64,000 nt of DNA, taken from assembly GCA_963836755.1 (NCBI GenBank), contig CAWIKF010000002.1, positions 832,001-896,000 on the forward strand. Direction: 5' to 3'. The position numbers and the translations under genes were made by a program. Of the stretch, positions 1 through 9,484 are shown one piece after another (position 1 is the first letter of the stretch; each line of letters opens with the position of its first letter). This DNA is from an uncultured Verrucomicrobiae bacterium. Lineage in GTDB: Bacteria; Verrucomicrobiota; Verrucomicrobiia; Chthoniobacterales; Chthoniobacteraceae. The notes beneath the pieces are model-generated. The model searched no databases. It was not told where the DNA came from and saw nothing but the letters and a program-made list of their open reading frames with translations.

Positions 1-1
1 A

Positions 2-874
2 AATTGCTGGAACTGTTTCGGAAAATGTCAGGATGGCGGCAACATTATCGACTTTGTGACTAGAAAAGAGGAAGTCCCATTTCGCGATGCGGCGATACTC
101 ATTCAGGAGTGGTTTATGGGCGGGCAAAGCGAGACGGAAAACAAAGCCGAAAGGTCGCTTTTTGCGACGAGCCAGGTGGAAGAAGGGCCACGGTTCCGCA
201 GAGCGGAAATGCAGAGTGAGCCGCAACCAGAGGAAGATGAAGACAATTCACCGAACAAGCCGCTTGCGTTCGAGTTAACGAAGCTCGACATAACGCACCC
301 GTATTTGCGGGAGCGTGGTTTGACGGACGAGACGATTGCAACCTTTGGACTTGGCTATTGTGAGAAAGGATTGCTACGTGGATACGTCGCCATTCCGATT
401 CACAGTCCAGACGGCGAGCTTGTTGCCTATGCTGGACGTTGGCCGGGTGTGCCGAAGGACGGCAAAGGTAAATACAAATTGCCGCAGGGGTTTAAGAAAA
501 GTGTCGAGCTTTTCAACTATCACCGTGCCATAGCAAGCAGGGACCAAGTCCCCATCGTTGTTGTTGAAGGATTTTTTGACGCGATGAAGCTTCACCAAGC
601 GGGCTATGAGCGAGGAGTTGCACTCATGGGTTCGTCACTTTCCGAGACACAGGAAGAATTGCTGTGCCGACTCTCTGAGACGGACGAGCGAATCATTCTC
701 TTTTTTGACGGTGACGATGCAGGGCGCAAGGGACAGGCGGACGCTATGGAGCGTCTGTCGAAAAGGCTTTATGTGCGCACCATTGAGCTTGGAGAACAGC
801 AGGTGCAGCCAGAGGATGTGTCGGTTGACGATCTGACTTACATGCTTCCTTTTCAAAACGGGAGGGTTGCATGA
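2..874 (+). CDS. CHC2 zinc-finger/Toprim DNA primase-like protein of a mobile element (5' end outside window)
   Basis: Frame is open from base 2: NCWNCFGKCQDGGNIIDFV is the CHC2 C-terminal half. It continues with YLRERGL..FGLGY and the Toprim motifs VVVEGFFDAM and FFDGDDAG. It is shorter than host DnaG and lower in GC. Confidence 0.85.
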   Translation, partial: NCWNCFGKCQDGGNIIDFVTRKEEVPFRDAAILIQEWFMGGQSETENKAERSLFATSQVEEGPRFRRAEMQSEPQPEEDEDNSPNKPLAFELTKLDITHPYLRERGLTDETIATFGLGYCEKGLLRGYVAIPIHSPDGELVAYAGRWPGVPKDGKGKYKLPQGFKKSVELFNYHRAIASRDQVPIVVVEGFFDAMKLHQAGYERGVALMGSSLSETQEELLCRLSETDERIILFFDGDDAGRKGQADAMERLSKRLYVRTIELGEQQVQPEDVSVDDLTYMLPFQNGRVA

Positions 875-931
875 ATTTTCGTGTAGCAAACGCCTATGTG
901 GAAATGAGACAGAAGGGAGGCCGATAACGCC

Positions 932-1190
932 ATGCCTTCCATTTCCAAATTTCCGCTTTGCACCATCTGCGCCACACCACACGCTCTTGAGTCCTTGGAG
1001 GCAACTGAAATCCAGTTTGCCATTTCCCGACACGTATCCGGCGATTGGGGCATCGTCAATGACGAGGATGGCGAAGCAAACGAACGAGCGCCTGTTTTCG
1101 GTTTTTCGTTCCGAAGCAGGTAAAAAGTTCTATGTAATCACCGAGTAGGATAGATCGGTTACAACCGTTCTACTCCCGGAAGATTATTGA
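932..1190 (+). pseudogene. Pseudogene of a small plasmid/ICE-associated protein (…ATP.AL…RH..GDWG…ED..ANE…ITE(W)DRSVTTVLLPEDY type)
   Basis: N-half in ORF 932..1123 (RHVSGDWGIVNDEDGEANER). After a frameshift near 1085-1092 it continues as RLFSVFRSEAGKKFYVITE, then TAG, then DRSVTTVLLPEDY-TGA at 1190. Confidence 0.7.
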
Positions 1191-1197
1191 AAATCAA

Positions 1198-1230
1198 AAC
1201 ACCTTTTCCGAGAGGAGAAGGTGTTATTTC
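1198..1230. terminator. Hairpin terminator between convergent ORFs
   Basis: aacaccttttcc-GAGA-ggagaaggtgtt forms a 12-bp stem (one G-U pair) with a GNRA loop, flanked by A/T-rich sequence. Confidence 0.65.
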
Positions 1231-1240
1231 TTATTAGAAA

Positions 1241-1444
1241 TTATTTTGACGGAGAATTGATCGAGTAATCGAGTGCAACGAAAGCCGTGCCTACCGACTC
1301 CGCAACAGCGGCATGGGTCTCGCCATCTTCATTGTGAGCTTCGGCTACGTGCAGACAGCGGCCTACGCGATCATCAAGACGAACATGCTGCCACGACCAG
1401 CCTAACTCGCACAATTTCTCTGCAATGCGATGCCACTTTTTCAT
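1241..1444 (-). CDS. Small hypothetical protein
   Basis: 67-aa ATG ORF with a natural composition, ending just before the hairpin. Confidence 0.45.
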   Translation of the reverse strand: MKKWHRIAEKLCELGWSWQHVRLDDRVGRCLHVAEAHNEDGETHAAVAESVGTAFVALDYSINSPSK

Positions 1445-1550
1445 ACCGCAAAAATATACTACGAGTCAGGAAAAAAAAGACAATTGTGCTGACAACGCTG
1501 ATGCGACTCTTGCTGCGATTGGATGGATTGATTCAGGGTGTAAAAGATGA

Positions 1551-1584
1551 TTGACATTCTTTTCACCGGTGCCACATTGGCACC
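1551..1584 (+). promoter_or_regulatory. Sigma-70 promoter with palindromic operator of the TA operon
   Basis: TTGACA (1551-1556), 16-bp spacer, CACATT. A perfect inverted repeat ggtgcca-cat-tggcacc (1568-1584) covers the -10 and abuts the ATG at 1585. Confidence 0.7.
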
Positions 1585-1866
1585 ATGCCAGCAATCGCTG
1601 AAAAAAATGCGCGCCTTGTCACCCGCATTCCTGCCAGCGTGCGAAAGATCATCAAGGCTGCCGCTGATCTCCAAGGTTCCGCTCTCAATCAGTTCGTTGT
1701 GCAGGCCGCCTACCAGCAAGCACGGGAGGTTCTGGAGCACGAATCGCTTATTCGGCTCAACCACGAACAGACGAAGCGCGTGTTTGAATTGCTCGACAAG
1801 CCGCCAAAACCAAACGCGGCATTGATGGCTGCAAAATCAACACACCGCAGCCTGGTCCGTGCTTAG
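1585..1866 (+). CDS. DUF1778 (RHH) antitoxin, TacA/AtaR-like
   Basis: RLVTRIPASVRKIIKAAADLQG..LNQFVVQAA…IRLN…FELLDKPPKPNAAL; overlaps the downstream GNAT gene. Confidence 0.9.
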   Translation: MPAIAEKNARLVTRIPASVRKIIKAAADLQGSALNQFVVQAAYQQAREVLEHESLIRLNHEQTKRVFELLDKPPKPNAALMAAKSTHRSLVRA

Positions 1867-2365
1867 AGTCGAATTGTTGGACGCAACGCACGACCGTGCA
1901 GGTTTTGACTGCGGAGTCGAGCCGCTGAATCGTTATATTCAACAAATTGCACGGCAGCATATCACGAAGGAAATTTCCAAAACCTACGTGCTCGTGGAGG
2001 AATCCGCCGTTGCCCCAAAACCAGTGCTTGGCTTTTTCACCCTCTCGCTCTGCCAAGTGATCGGGCAGGAAGTGCCCCAAAAATGGATGAAAAAGCTTCC
2101 CGAGCAGATTCCCGCGATGAAGCTTGGCCGTCTGGCAGTGGCTACGCAACAGCAAGGTCGCGGATTCGGCAAAACGCTGCTCGTAGAAACACTCCTCAAA
2201 GTCGCACAGGTCGCGGACATTGCCGGCGGGATCGGGCTTTTTGTGGATGCGAAGGATGAAAGCGCTGCCACATTTTATGCGCGCTTCGGCTTTGAACCGA
2301 CGCCCACTGCCCCGCTGAGACTGTTCATGCCGATGGAGACGGTCAGACAATTTGTGAAAGCGTAA
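1859..2365 (+). CDS. GNAT acetyltransferase toxin, TacT/AtaT-like
   Basis: HDRAGFDCGVEPLNRY, LGRLAV..QQGRGFG (acetyl-CoA motif), VDAKDESAATFYARFGF. Confidence 0.9.
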   Translation: MLRVELLDATHDRAGFDCGVEPLNRYIQQIARQHITKEISKTYVLVEESAVAPKPVLGFFTLSLCQVIGQEVPQKWMKKLPEQIPAMKLGRLAVATQQQGRGFGKTLLVETLLKVAQVADIAGGIGLFVDAKDESAATFYARFGFEPTPTAPLRLFMPMETVRQFVKA

Positions 2366-2563
2366 TTGGTGCGCTTAACAAAATGGTCACGGAACGGCGT
2401 TCATTCTCTGTAATTTGCCATGCACCGGCGAGCGTTTTTTCGGCGTTTTGAACCGCAAATAGCAAAATGGAAGCGAACGCGCTAGGCTCCAGTTTTCCCG
2501 GTAAAAGTTCCCGCTCCGCGCGCAGACGTGCGCCGAAGTGCGATTGCGAGCAAAGGCAGAGAA

Positions 2564-3508
2564 ATGAGTAACGAGATTTTCCAGACGGTGACGGTCACGC
2601 TCAATCCTGCCATTGATCGAACCGTCACGATCCGCAATTTCACGCCGGGAGAGGTGAACCGCGGCGACGATGTCCGCTCCAGCCCTGGCGGGAAGGGCGT
2701 CAACGTCGCATCAGCGCTCGCGGATTACGGCCACAGCGTGGCGGTCACTGGATTTCTCGGGCGGGAGAATTGTTCGGTGTTCGAGGATCTTTTCGACCGG
2801 AAAGACATTGCCGATCATTTCGTCCGCATCGCCGGCCAGACGCGCGTCGCGATTAAAATCATCGACCCCGCGAAGCTGGAGACGACCGACATCAATCTGC
2901 CCGGTCCCGCGCCGTCTGAGGAAAATCTCACGTCGCTGCGCGGCCATCTCGATGAACTTGCGGAACTCGACGAGGCGTGTTTTGTCCTTTCCGGCAGCGT
3001 GCCGCCAGGTGTCGATCTGGAGATTTACAGCGAACTCATCGCGAAGCTCCGCGCGCGCGGCCAGCGCGTCGTGCTTGACACGAGCGGCGAGGCTTTTTTG
3101 CGAGGAATCAAAGCCGCGCCGCACGTCGTGAAACCAAATCTTCGCGAACTCGAGGACTTTGCCGGCACAAAGCTGAAAGAGCGCGGCGAAATCGTGAAGG
3201 CAGCTCGTGAAATTCTCACGCTCGGTGTGGAATTGGCCGCGATTTCGCTGGGCGCGGAAGGGGCGCTTTTTGTCACGCGCGATTCCGTCGTCAGCGCGCG
3301 GCCGCCGGACGTTGCGGTGCGCAGCACAGTCGGGGCCGGGGATGCTATGGTTGCCGGCATCGTCGCGGCGATGATCCGCGATTTGCCGCTGACCGATTGC
3401 GCGCGACTCGCGAGCGCCTTTGCACTCGTCTGGCTCACGCGCGGCGAGGCGGGCATCCGCGCGAATGGCGCGATCGAGGCGGCGATGCAGGAAATCACCG
3501 TGCAGTGA
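2564..3508 (+). CDS. pfkB: 1-phosphofructokinase family hexose kinase (PfkB)
   Basis: TVTLNPAID, GGKGVNVA, KPNLRELE, STVGAGDAMVAG. Start moved to the ATG at 2564. Confidence 0.9.
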   Translation: MSNEIFQTVTVTLNPAIDRTVTIRNFTPGEVNRGDDVRSSPGGKGVNVASALADYGHSVAVTGFLGRENCSVFEDLFDRKDIADHFVRIAGQTRVAIKIIDPAKLETTDINLPGPAPSEENLTSLRGHLDELAELDEACFVLSGSVPPGVDLEIYSELIAKLRARGQRVVLDTSGEAFLRGIKAAPHVVKPNLRELEDFAGTKLKERGEIVKAAREILTLGVELAAISLGAEGALFVTRDSVVSARPPDVAVRSTVGAGDAMVAGIVAAMIRDLPLTDCARLASAFALVWLTRGEAGIRANGAIEAAMQEITVQ

Positions 3509-3535
3509 CGCGAGCGGGCGGCTAACTTTGACGCC

Positions 3536-4237
3536 ATGGCCTCCAACACCCGCATTTTCATGATCCGCCACGGCGCAACGGTGCTGAGCGCCGAAGACCG
3601 ATTCGCCGGCGCGACCGATGTCCTGCTTTCCGACGAAGGTCGCGAACAGGCGCGGCGGTTGGCCGTCCGGCTGAGCGCGGAAAAGATCGCCGCCGTTTAT
3701 GCGTCGCCAATGAGCCGCACGGTCGAGACCGCGCGCATCCTCGCCGCGCCGCACTCGCTGGAAGTGCAAATGCGTGACGGCCTGCGCGAGATTTCGCACG
3801 GCCGCTGGGAGCAGTTAACTCGCGCGGAAGTCGACAGGCAATTTCCCGACGAGGCTGCCGATTGGGAAAAAGATCCGTATACTTTTGCGCCAGCGGGCGG
3901 CGAAAGCGGACTCGCGGTGACCGCGCGCGCATTGCCGATTTTGATGCAAATTGTCCGCGCACATTCCGCCGGCAAAGTCCTCGTTGTTTCGCACAAGGCG
4001 ACGATCCGCCTGCTCCTGAGTTCGCTGCTCGGATTCGATCCGCGCCGTTACCGCGACAACCTCGACCAAAACCCGGCGGCACTGAACATCGTCGATTTCA
4101 AGGACGCGGTGCGCGCCCGGCTCACATTGTTTAACGACACGTCGCACTACGATGAGGCCGGGCTCGCGATTCCGTCGATCCCGACTGCGCGCTTGTCGAA
4201 ATCGTGGAACGAAACCATCGCGGCGCCAATCCCGTGA
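3536..4237 (+). CDS. Histidine phosphatase family protein
   Basis: IRHG motif, ASPMSRTVETA, LREISHGRWE, GGES, VVSH. Confidence 0.9.
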   Translation: MASNTRIFMIRHGATVLSAEDRFAGATDVLLSDEGREQARRLAVRLSAEKIAAVYASPMSRTVETARILAAPHSLEVQMRDGLREISHGRWEQLTRAEVDRQFPDEAADWEKDPYTFAPAGGESGLAVTARALPILMQIVRAHSAGKVLVVSHKATIRLLLSSLLGFDPRRYRDNLDQNPAALNIVDFKDAVRARLTLFNDTSHYDEAGLAIPSIPTARLSKSWNETIAAPIP

Positions 4238-4306
4238 AGCCGGAGCGCGGCCGGCGATTTTCCGTTTGATTTCAGCGGGGAATCCGCGAACATCGCCACC
4301 CTTTTT

Positions 4307-4783
4307 ATGCGTCACACAATCTCAGTGCTTGTGGAAAATAAGTTCGGCGTGCTCGCGCGCATCGCTGGCATGTTCAGCGGGCGCGGTTTCAATATCGACA
4401 CGCTCAATGTCGGCCCGACGCTCGACCCGAAAACTTCCCGCATGACGATCGTCGTGCGCGGCGACGACACCGTGCTCGATCAAGTGGTGAAGCAGCTCAA
4501 CAAGCTCGTGGACGTGATTGACATCCAGGATTTTCGCGAGGGCGAATTCGTCGATCGCGAGCTGATCATGCTGCGCGTCAAGGTGGACTCAAAGTCGCGC
4601 GCGGAGCTGATGCAAATCTGCGATATTTTCCGCGCAAAAATCATCGATGTGCAGCACAAAAATGTCTCCATCGAGGTCACGGGCAACGAAAGCAAAATCG
4701 ACAAATTCCTTTTCCTGATGCAGCCGTTCGGCATCGGCGATTTGACGCGCACCGGACGCGTGGCGCTCGCGCGCAAGGAATAA
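4307..4783 (+). CDS. ilvN: Acetolactate synthase small (regulatory) subunit
   Basis: MRHTISVLVENKFGVLARIAGMFSGRGFNIDTL ACT domain; ends RTGRVAL. Confidence 0.95.
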   Translation: MRHTISVLVENKFGVLARIAGMFSGRGFNIDTLNVGPTLDPKTSRMTIVVRGDDTVLDQVVKQLNKLVDVIDIQDFREGEFVDRELIMLRVKVDSKSRAELMQICDIFRAKIIDVQHKNVSIEVTGNESKIDKFLFLMQPFGIGDLTRTGRVALARKE

Positions 4784-4791
4784 CCGGGCGG

Positions 4792-6609
4792 TCAGCTGAG
4801 CTTCGTGCCGGCGCGTTTGCGCGCGTTCGCGTCGAGCAACTTTTTCCGCAGGCGCAAATTCTTTGGCGTGACCTCGACATATTCGTCGGGCGCGATGTAT
4901 TCGAGGCTGCGCTCGAGCGTCATGACGAGTGGCGGCGCCAGACTGATGCCTTTGCCGTCGCCCTGGCTGCGCATATTCGTCAACTTTTTCGCCTTGCACG
5001 GATTCACCGGCATGTCGTCGGGCCGCGCGTTTTCGCCGATGATCATGCCTTCGTAAATTTCCTCCTGCGGCGCGATGAAAAGCCGGCCACGTTCCTGGAT
5101 CGTATCGAGCGCGTAGGCAGTGCTGATGCCGTTTTCCATCGCGATGAGCACGCCGTTGAAGCGCGTCGGAATCTCGCCCTTGAACGGCGCATATTCTTTA
5201 AACAAGTGCGATGCGATGCCGTGGCCTTTCGTCACGTTGACGAGATCGGTTTCAAAGCCGATGAGCCCGCGCGTCGGGATCACGGCCTGCACGGTGACGC
5301 TGTGCGGATTGTGCTCCATGTTGATGATGTCGGCCTTGCGCGTGGCGAGGCTTTGCAAAATATCGCCGAGATTTTCGTTCGGCACATCGACGTAAAGCGT
5401 CTCGTAAGGCTCGAGCGTCGCGCCCGACGCGTCTTTTTTGAAAATCACCTCGGGCCGCGAGACGAGCACTTCGAAACCTTCGCGCCGCATTTGCTCGACG
5501 ATGATCGCGATCTGCATTTCACCGCGCGCCTTGATTTCAAAATGTCCCGCGATTTCTGTCTCGCTGACCTGGATGGAAACATTGGTGCGCGTCTCGCGGA
5601 TCAAGCGTTCACGCACCTGCCGCGCCGTCAGCAGCTTTCCTTCGCGACCCGCGAGCGGCCCGTCGTTGATGCAAATTTTCATCGTGATCGTCGGCGGATC
5701 GATCTCGGTGAAAGGCAGCGGCAGACGTTCTTCCGAGTCCGTGATCGTCTCGCCGATGAACGCTTCCTCAAAGCCGCACAGGCCGATGATGTCGCCTTCG
5801 CTCGCGTGTTTGACTTCCACTTTTTGCAAACCTTGATGCGAAAAAAGCGCCGTCACATTTGCGCGCTCGCGTTTTCCATCCATCGAAATGTGAACCACCG
5901 AATCGCCGACAGCCACACGCCCACTGACGATGCGGCCGTAACAAATGCGGCCGAGATAATCACTGTAGTCAAGGTTCGAGACGAGCATTTGAAAATAGGA
6001 AACGTCTGACTTTGGCGGCGGCGGAATGTGTTTCACGATCGCCTCAAACAGCGGCTCCATGTTTTCGGCCGGCTCATGAATTTCGCGCATCGCGTAGCCG
6101 TCGCGCGCGCTCGCGTAGATCACCGGAAAATCGAGCTGCAGATCGCTCGCATCGAGCTCCACGAAAAGATCGAACACAAAATCGAGAACTTTGTGCGGCC
6201 GAGCATTCTCGCGATCGATTTTGTTGATGACGACGATCGGCTTCGCGCCATTCTCGAGCGCTTTTTTCAAAACAAATTTCGTCTGCGCCTGCGGTCCATC
6301 ATGCGCATCGACCACCAGCAAAACGCCATCGACCATCTTCATGATGCGCTCGACTTCGCCGCCAAAATCCGCGTGGCCGGGCGTGTCGACAATGTTGATG
6401 TGATAGTCGTGCCACTTGAACGCAGCGTTCTTGGCCCTGATCGTAATTCCTTTTTCCCGCTCGAGATCCATGGAATCCATGATCCGAATTTCCGAAGCCT
6501 TTGCCTCGTTTGCGCGGAACGTTCCGGATTGTTTTAAAAGTTGATCAACAAGCGTGGTCTTTCCGTGATCGACGTGAGCGATGATGGCGATATTGCGGAT
6601 GTGTTCCAT
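4792..6609 (-). CDS. typA: Translational GTPase TypA/BipA
   Basis: [34 protein letters not shown]-terminal [29 protein letters not shown]. Confidence 0.97.
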   Translation of the reverse strand: MEHIRNIAIIAHVDHGKTTLVDQLLKQSGTFRANEAKASEIRIMDSMDLEREKGITIRAKNAAFKWHDYHINIVDTPGHADFGGEVERIMKMVDGVLLVVDAHDGPQAQTKFVLKKALENGAKPIVVINKIDRENARPHKVLDFVFDLFVELDASDLQLDFPVIYASARDGYAMREIHEPAENMEPLFEAIVKHIPPPPKSDVSYFQMLVSNLDYSDYLGRICYGRIVSGRVAVGDSVVHISMDGKRERANVTALFSHQGLQKVEVKHASEGDIIGLCGFEEAFIGETITDSEERLPLPFTEIDPPTITMKICINDGPLAGREGKLLTARQVRERLIRETRTNVSIQVSETEIAGHFEIKARGEMQIAIIVEQMRREGFEVLVSRPEVIFKKDASGATLEPYETLYVDVPNENLGDILQSLATRKADIINMEHNPHSVTVQAVIPTRGLIGFETDLVNVTKGHGIASHLFKEYAPFKGEIPTRFNGVLIAMENGISTAYALDTIQERGRLFIAPQEEIYEGMIIGENARPDDMPVNPCKAKKLTNMRSQGDGKGISLAPPLVMTLERSLEYIAPDEYVEVTPKNLRLRKKLLDANARKRAGTKLS

Positions 6610-6778
6610 GTCTTCGGTTTCCAAAAGGGCGGGGAATATGCCCACTCTGCGCCATGGCGTCAATGTCCGTGCCCGCCGTTTTGCGAAAAAGAATGATGCG
6701 CTTGTCGAATACGCGTTGACACTCTGTTATAAATATGGAGATTACGCCGTATCTTCGCCTAGCGGAAGTTCACCACGC

Positions 6779-7333
6779 ATGCACAATTTACTCACCGTCA
6801 AAGAAACGGCGGAATATTTACGCATTCCTTTGCCGACCGTTTACTACCTCGTGCAGCGCGGCCAGCTGCCCGCGATCCAGATTGGCGGGCGCTGGCGCAT
6901 CAAGAAGGATTCGCTCGATCGCGACATTCTGCGCGAGGAGGAACACGGACAGCCCACGGTGCTCGTGGTGGATGACGACGAGGGTGTGCAAGGTCTCTTC
7001 AAACTTTTCCTGAAAAAGACCGGCTTCAGCCGAATGATTGTCGGCAACGGTCGCGAAGCAGTCGCGGCTCTCAAGAAACAGAAATTCGATCTCTGCTTTC
7101 TCGACCTCGTTTTGCCGGACATCACTGGCGACGAAATTTACAAGCAGGCGAAGAAAATCGATCCGAACTTGCCCGTGGTCATCATCACCGGATTTCCCGA
7201 CAGTGAGATGCTCGACAATATTTTGCGCTTTGGACCGGTAACGGTTTTGAAAAAGCCGCTCAAGGTCGAGCAGCTCACGCAGACGCTGAAATTTCTAGGC
7301 CACAAAATGGCCGAGGTCGAAGCAGTCGCGTAG
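6779..7333 (+). CDS. Excisionase-type HTH plus receiver-domain response regulator
   Basis: LLTVKETAEYLRI..TVYYLVQRGQLPAIQIGGRWRI (HTH_17-like), followed by a REC domain (VLVVDDD, FLDLVLPD, IITG, KP). Confidence 0.85.
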   Translation: MHNLLTVKETAEYLRIPLPTVYYLVQRGQLPAIQIGGRWRIKKDSLDRDILREEEHGQPTVLVVDDDEGVQGLFKLFLKKTGFSRMIVGNGREAVAALKKQKFDLCFLDLVLPDITGDEIYKQAKKIDPNLPVVIITGFPDSEMLDNILRFGPVTVLKKPLKVEQLTQTLKFLGHKMAEVEAVA

Positions 7334-7339
7334 CGTCTT

Positions 7340-8788
7340 TCAAACCGCTGGCCGTTGCTTGTGCCAGTCCGTGCTTTGCTCGTAAGCGTGCGCGATTTTC
7401 AGCAAGTTCGCCTCATCGAACGGCTTGCCGAGCAACTGTAAACCGATCGGCAATTTCCGCCCGTCGATGCTCGCGAAGCCGCATGGAATCGAGATCCCGC
7501 AGATGCCGGCGAGATTTGCCGCGATGGTAAAAATGTCCGCGAGATACATTTTCAGCGGATCGTCGCTCCGCTCGCCAATTTTGAACGCAGGCTCCGGCGA
7601 CGTCGGACAAACGATGGCGTCAACGTTTTCAAACGCGCGCGAGAAATCGTCGCGGATCAAAGTTCGGACTTTTTGCGCGCGCAAATAATACGCGTCGTAA
7701 TAGCCGCTGCTCAAAACGTAGGTGCCGAGAATAATCCGCCGTTTCACTTCCGGCCCGAAGCCCTCCTCGCGCGTGCGCCCATAATGATCCAGCAGATTTT
7801 TCACATCGTCCGCGCGGTGGCCGTAGCGCACACCGTCAAACCGCGCGAGATTTGCCGACGCTTCGGCTGTTGCGACAATGTAATACACACCGACGGCATG
7901 CTCGGTGTGCGGCAGCGACACCGCGACGATTTCCGCGCCTAGCGATTCGTAATGTTTGATGGCTGCGCGCACCGCCTGATCGACCTGCGGCTCGATGCCA
8001 TCGATGAAATATTCCTTCGGCATTCCGATGCGAACGCCGCGCAAATCTTCGCCCAATTTCGCGGCGTAATCAGGAACTTTTTCGTCCAAGCTCGTCGAAT
8101 CCTGCGGGTCGCGTCCCGAGATTGCATTCAGCAGCAATGCTGAATCGCGCACAGTTTTTGTGAATGGTCCAATCTGGTCGAGCGAAGAAGCAAATGCGAC
8201 CAGGCCGAAACGCGAGACGCGGCCGTAGCTAGGTTTCAAGCCAACGCAGCCGCACAATGCGGCAGGCTGGCGAATCGAGCCGCCAGTGTCCGAGCCGAGC
8301 GCGGCGAATGCTTCATTCGCGGCGACGACGGCCGCGGAGCCGCCGCTGGAACCGCCGGGAATTCGCGACGGGTCCCACGGATTTAACGTAAATTTTACAC
8401 TCGAATTTTCGGTGGAGGAGCCCATCGCGAACTCATCCATGTTCGTGCGCCCAAATGGAATCGCGCCAGCCGCTTTCAGTTTCGCGATGACAGTCGCGTC
8501 ATACGGCGCGATGTAGCCTCGCAAAAGTTTTGATGCGCACGTGCACGGCTCCCCGCAAACGTTGATGACATCTTTGATCGCAATCGGCACGCCGCCGAGC
8601 GGCAGCGTCACGTCGGCAGCTTCCGCCATTTTTTTAGCGGCTTCAAAATCCCGCGACAGATAGCCGTGAACGCACTCATCGGCGACGGCGATGCGCTGTT
8701 CCAGCGCTTGCAGCACTTCGACGGGGGAGACATTTTTTGCGCGCAACTCTTGTTGCAACGCGGCGACGGAAAGCGCGGCCAGCTCCAT
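7340..8788 (-). CDS. gatA: Asp/Glu-tRNA amidotransferase subunit A
   Basis: Amidase signature PGGSSGGSAA, LGSDTGGSIRQPA, FGPEVKRRIILGTYVLSSGYYDAYY. The ATG at 8788 overlaps the restored gatC stop (TGATG). Confidence 0.95.
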   Translation of the reverse strand: MELAALSVAALQQELRAKNVSPVEVLQALEQRIAVADECVHGYLSRDFEAAKKMAEAADVTLPLGGVPIAIKDVINVCGEPCTCASKLLRGYIAPYDATVIAKLKAAGAIPFGRTNMDEFAMGSSTENSSVKFTLNPWDPSRIPGGSSGGSAAVVAANEAFAALGSDTGGSIRQPAALCGCVGLKPSYGRVSRFGLVAFASSLDQIGPFTKTVRDSALLLNAISGRDPQDSTSLDEKVPDYAAKLGEDLRGVRIGMPKEYFIDGIEPQVDQAVRAAIKHYESLGAEIVAVSLPHTEHAVGVYYIVATAEASANLARFDGVRYGHRADDVKNLLDHYGRTREEGFGPEVKRRIILGTYVLSSGYYDAYYLRAQKVRTLIRDDFSRAFENVDAIVCPTSPEPAFKIGERSDDPLKMYLADIFTIAANLAGICGISIPCGFASIDGRKLPIGLQLLGKPFDEANLLKIAHAYEQSTDWHKQRPAV

Positions 8789-9073
8789 CACTCCACGACT
8801 TTTGTCACGATGAAAAGGCCGTTTGCCTGTCGCGGAGCATTGCGCAGAGCCGTTTCCGCGTCGAATCCCTCGGCGCGAAACATCCTTGCGGAAAATGTTG
8901 AAAGTCGGATACGCGTGCGCGGTCGGCTCGACTCCGGTCACGTCCACGGACCTGAGTTTTTCCACGTAAGCGAGCACCTGCGAAAGCTGTGCTTGGAAAC
9001 GCACGATCTCTTCCTCGCTCAAATTCAAGCGCGCCAACTGCGCCGTATATCGGACATCAAAGTCGTCGGTCAT
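8788..9073 (-). CDS. gatC: Asp/Glu-tRNA amidotransferase subunit C (one extra base near 8872)
   Basis: DVRYTAQLARLNLSEEE…VDVTGVEPTAH. Removing 1 nt restores …SREGFDAETALRNAPRQANGLFIVTKVVE-TGA. The span is 286 nt = 95 codons + 1. Confidence 0.85.
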
Positions 9074-9106
9074 GACGGATTTTTTTTCTTAGAAACTGCG
9101 CAGTCT

Positions 9107-9484
9107 TTACCAGTGCCAGACGCTGTAAAGCCAGAGCAGCAAAAGCAGCAGACCGACGAGCAGTCCGCAAAAAGTGATGCGCGCCTGGCGCTGTTCCATT
9201 TTCAGCGGACGCCGGCGCCGAGGTGCGACAGCTCCCGCGAAGGAAACATCGAAGCGCTTGTCGAGCAGCCGCGGCTCGTCCACGCGGCGCGGCGTTTTCA
9301 CCGAGCGCGTGAGCAATTCCTCGCGTCGTCTTTTTTCCTGCTGCTCCTTGATTTTCGGCGCGTCGTCGATCCGGCGTTGCGCGACCTCGCGTTGCTTGCG
9401 GATTTTTTCCTCGGCCTCGTGAAGCGCGCGCCGCCGCGCATCGAGCGGGCTGGACGATCTCGAGGAACGTTTGGATGCGGCCAT
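9107..9484 (-). CDS. Hypothetical protein with coiled coil and C-terminal TM helix
   Basis: Operonic, with a TAATG overlap with the upstream gene; hydrophobic C-terminus. Confidence 0.7.
   Translation of the reverse strand: MAASKRSSRSSSPLDARRRALHEAEEKIRKQREVAQRRIDDAPKIKEQQEKRRREELLTRSVKTPRRVDEPRLLDKRFDVSFAGAVAPRRRRPLKMEQRQARITFCGLLVGLLLLLLWLYSVWHW

Larger units (their letters stand above)
1..2491. mobile_element. Right end of an integrated element/genomic island
   Basis: Primase, plasmid-type pseudogene and TA pair in lower-GC DNA. It ends at cgctaggctcca (2480-2491), which resembles a tRNA-Ala 3' end. Host-style codon usage resumes afterwards. Confidence 0.65.

Noticed and set aside
2420..2491. 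Complete tRNA gene
   Set aside because: Only about 12 nt resemble a tRNA 3' end; no D or anticodon arms. No tRNA or rRNA was recognised anywhere in the window.
4307..4783. ilvN without adjacent ilvB or ilvC
   Set aside because: Dispersed ilv genes are common; not evidence of a new function.
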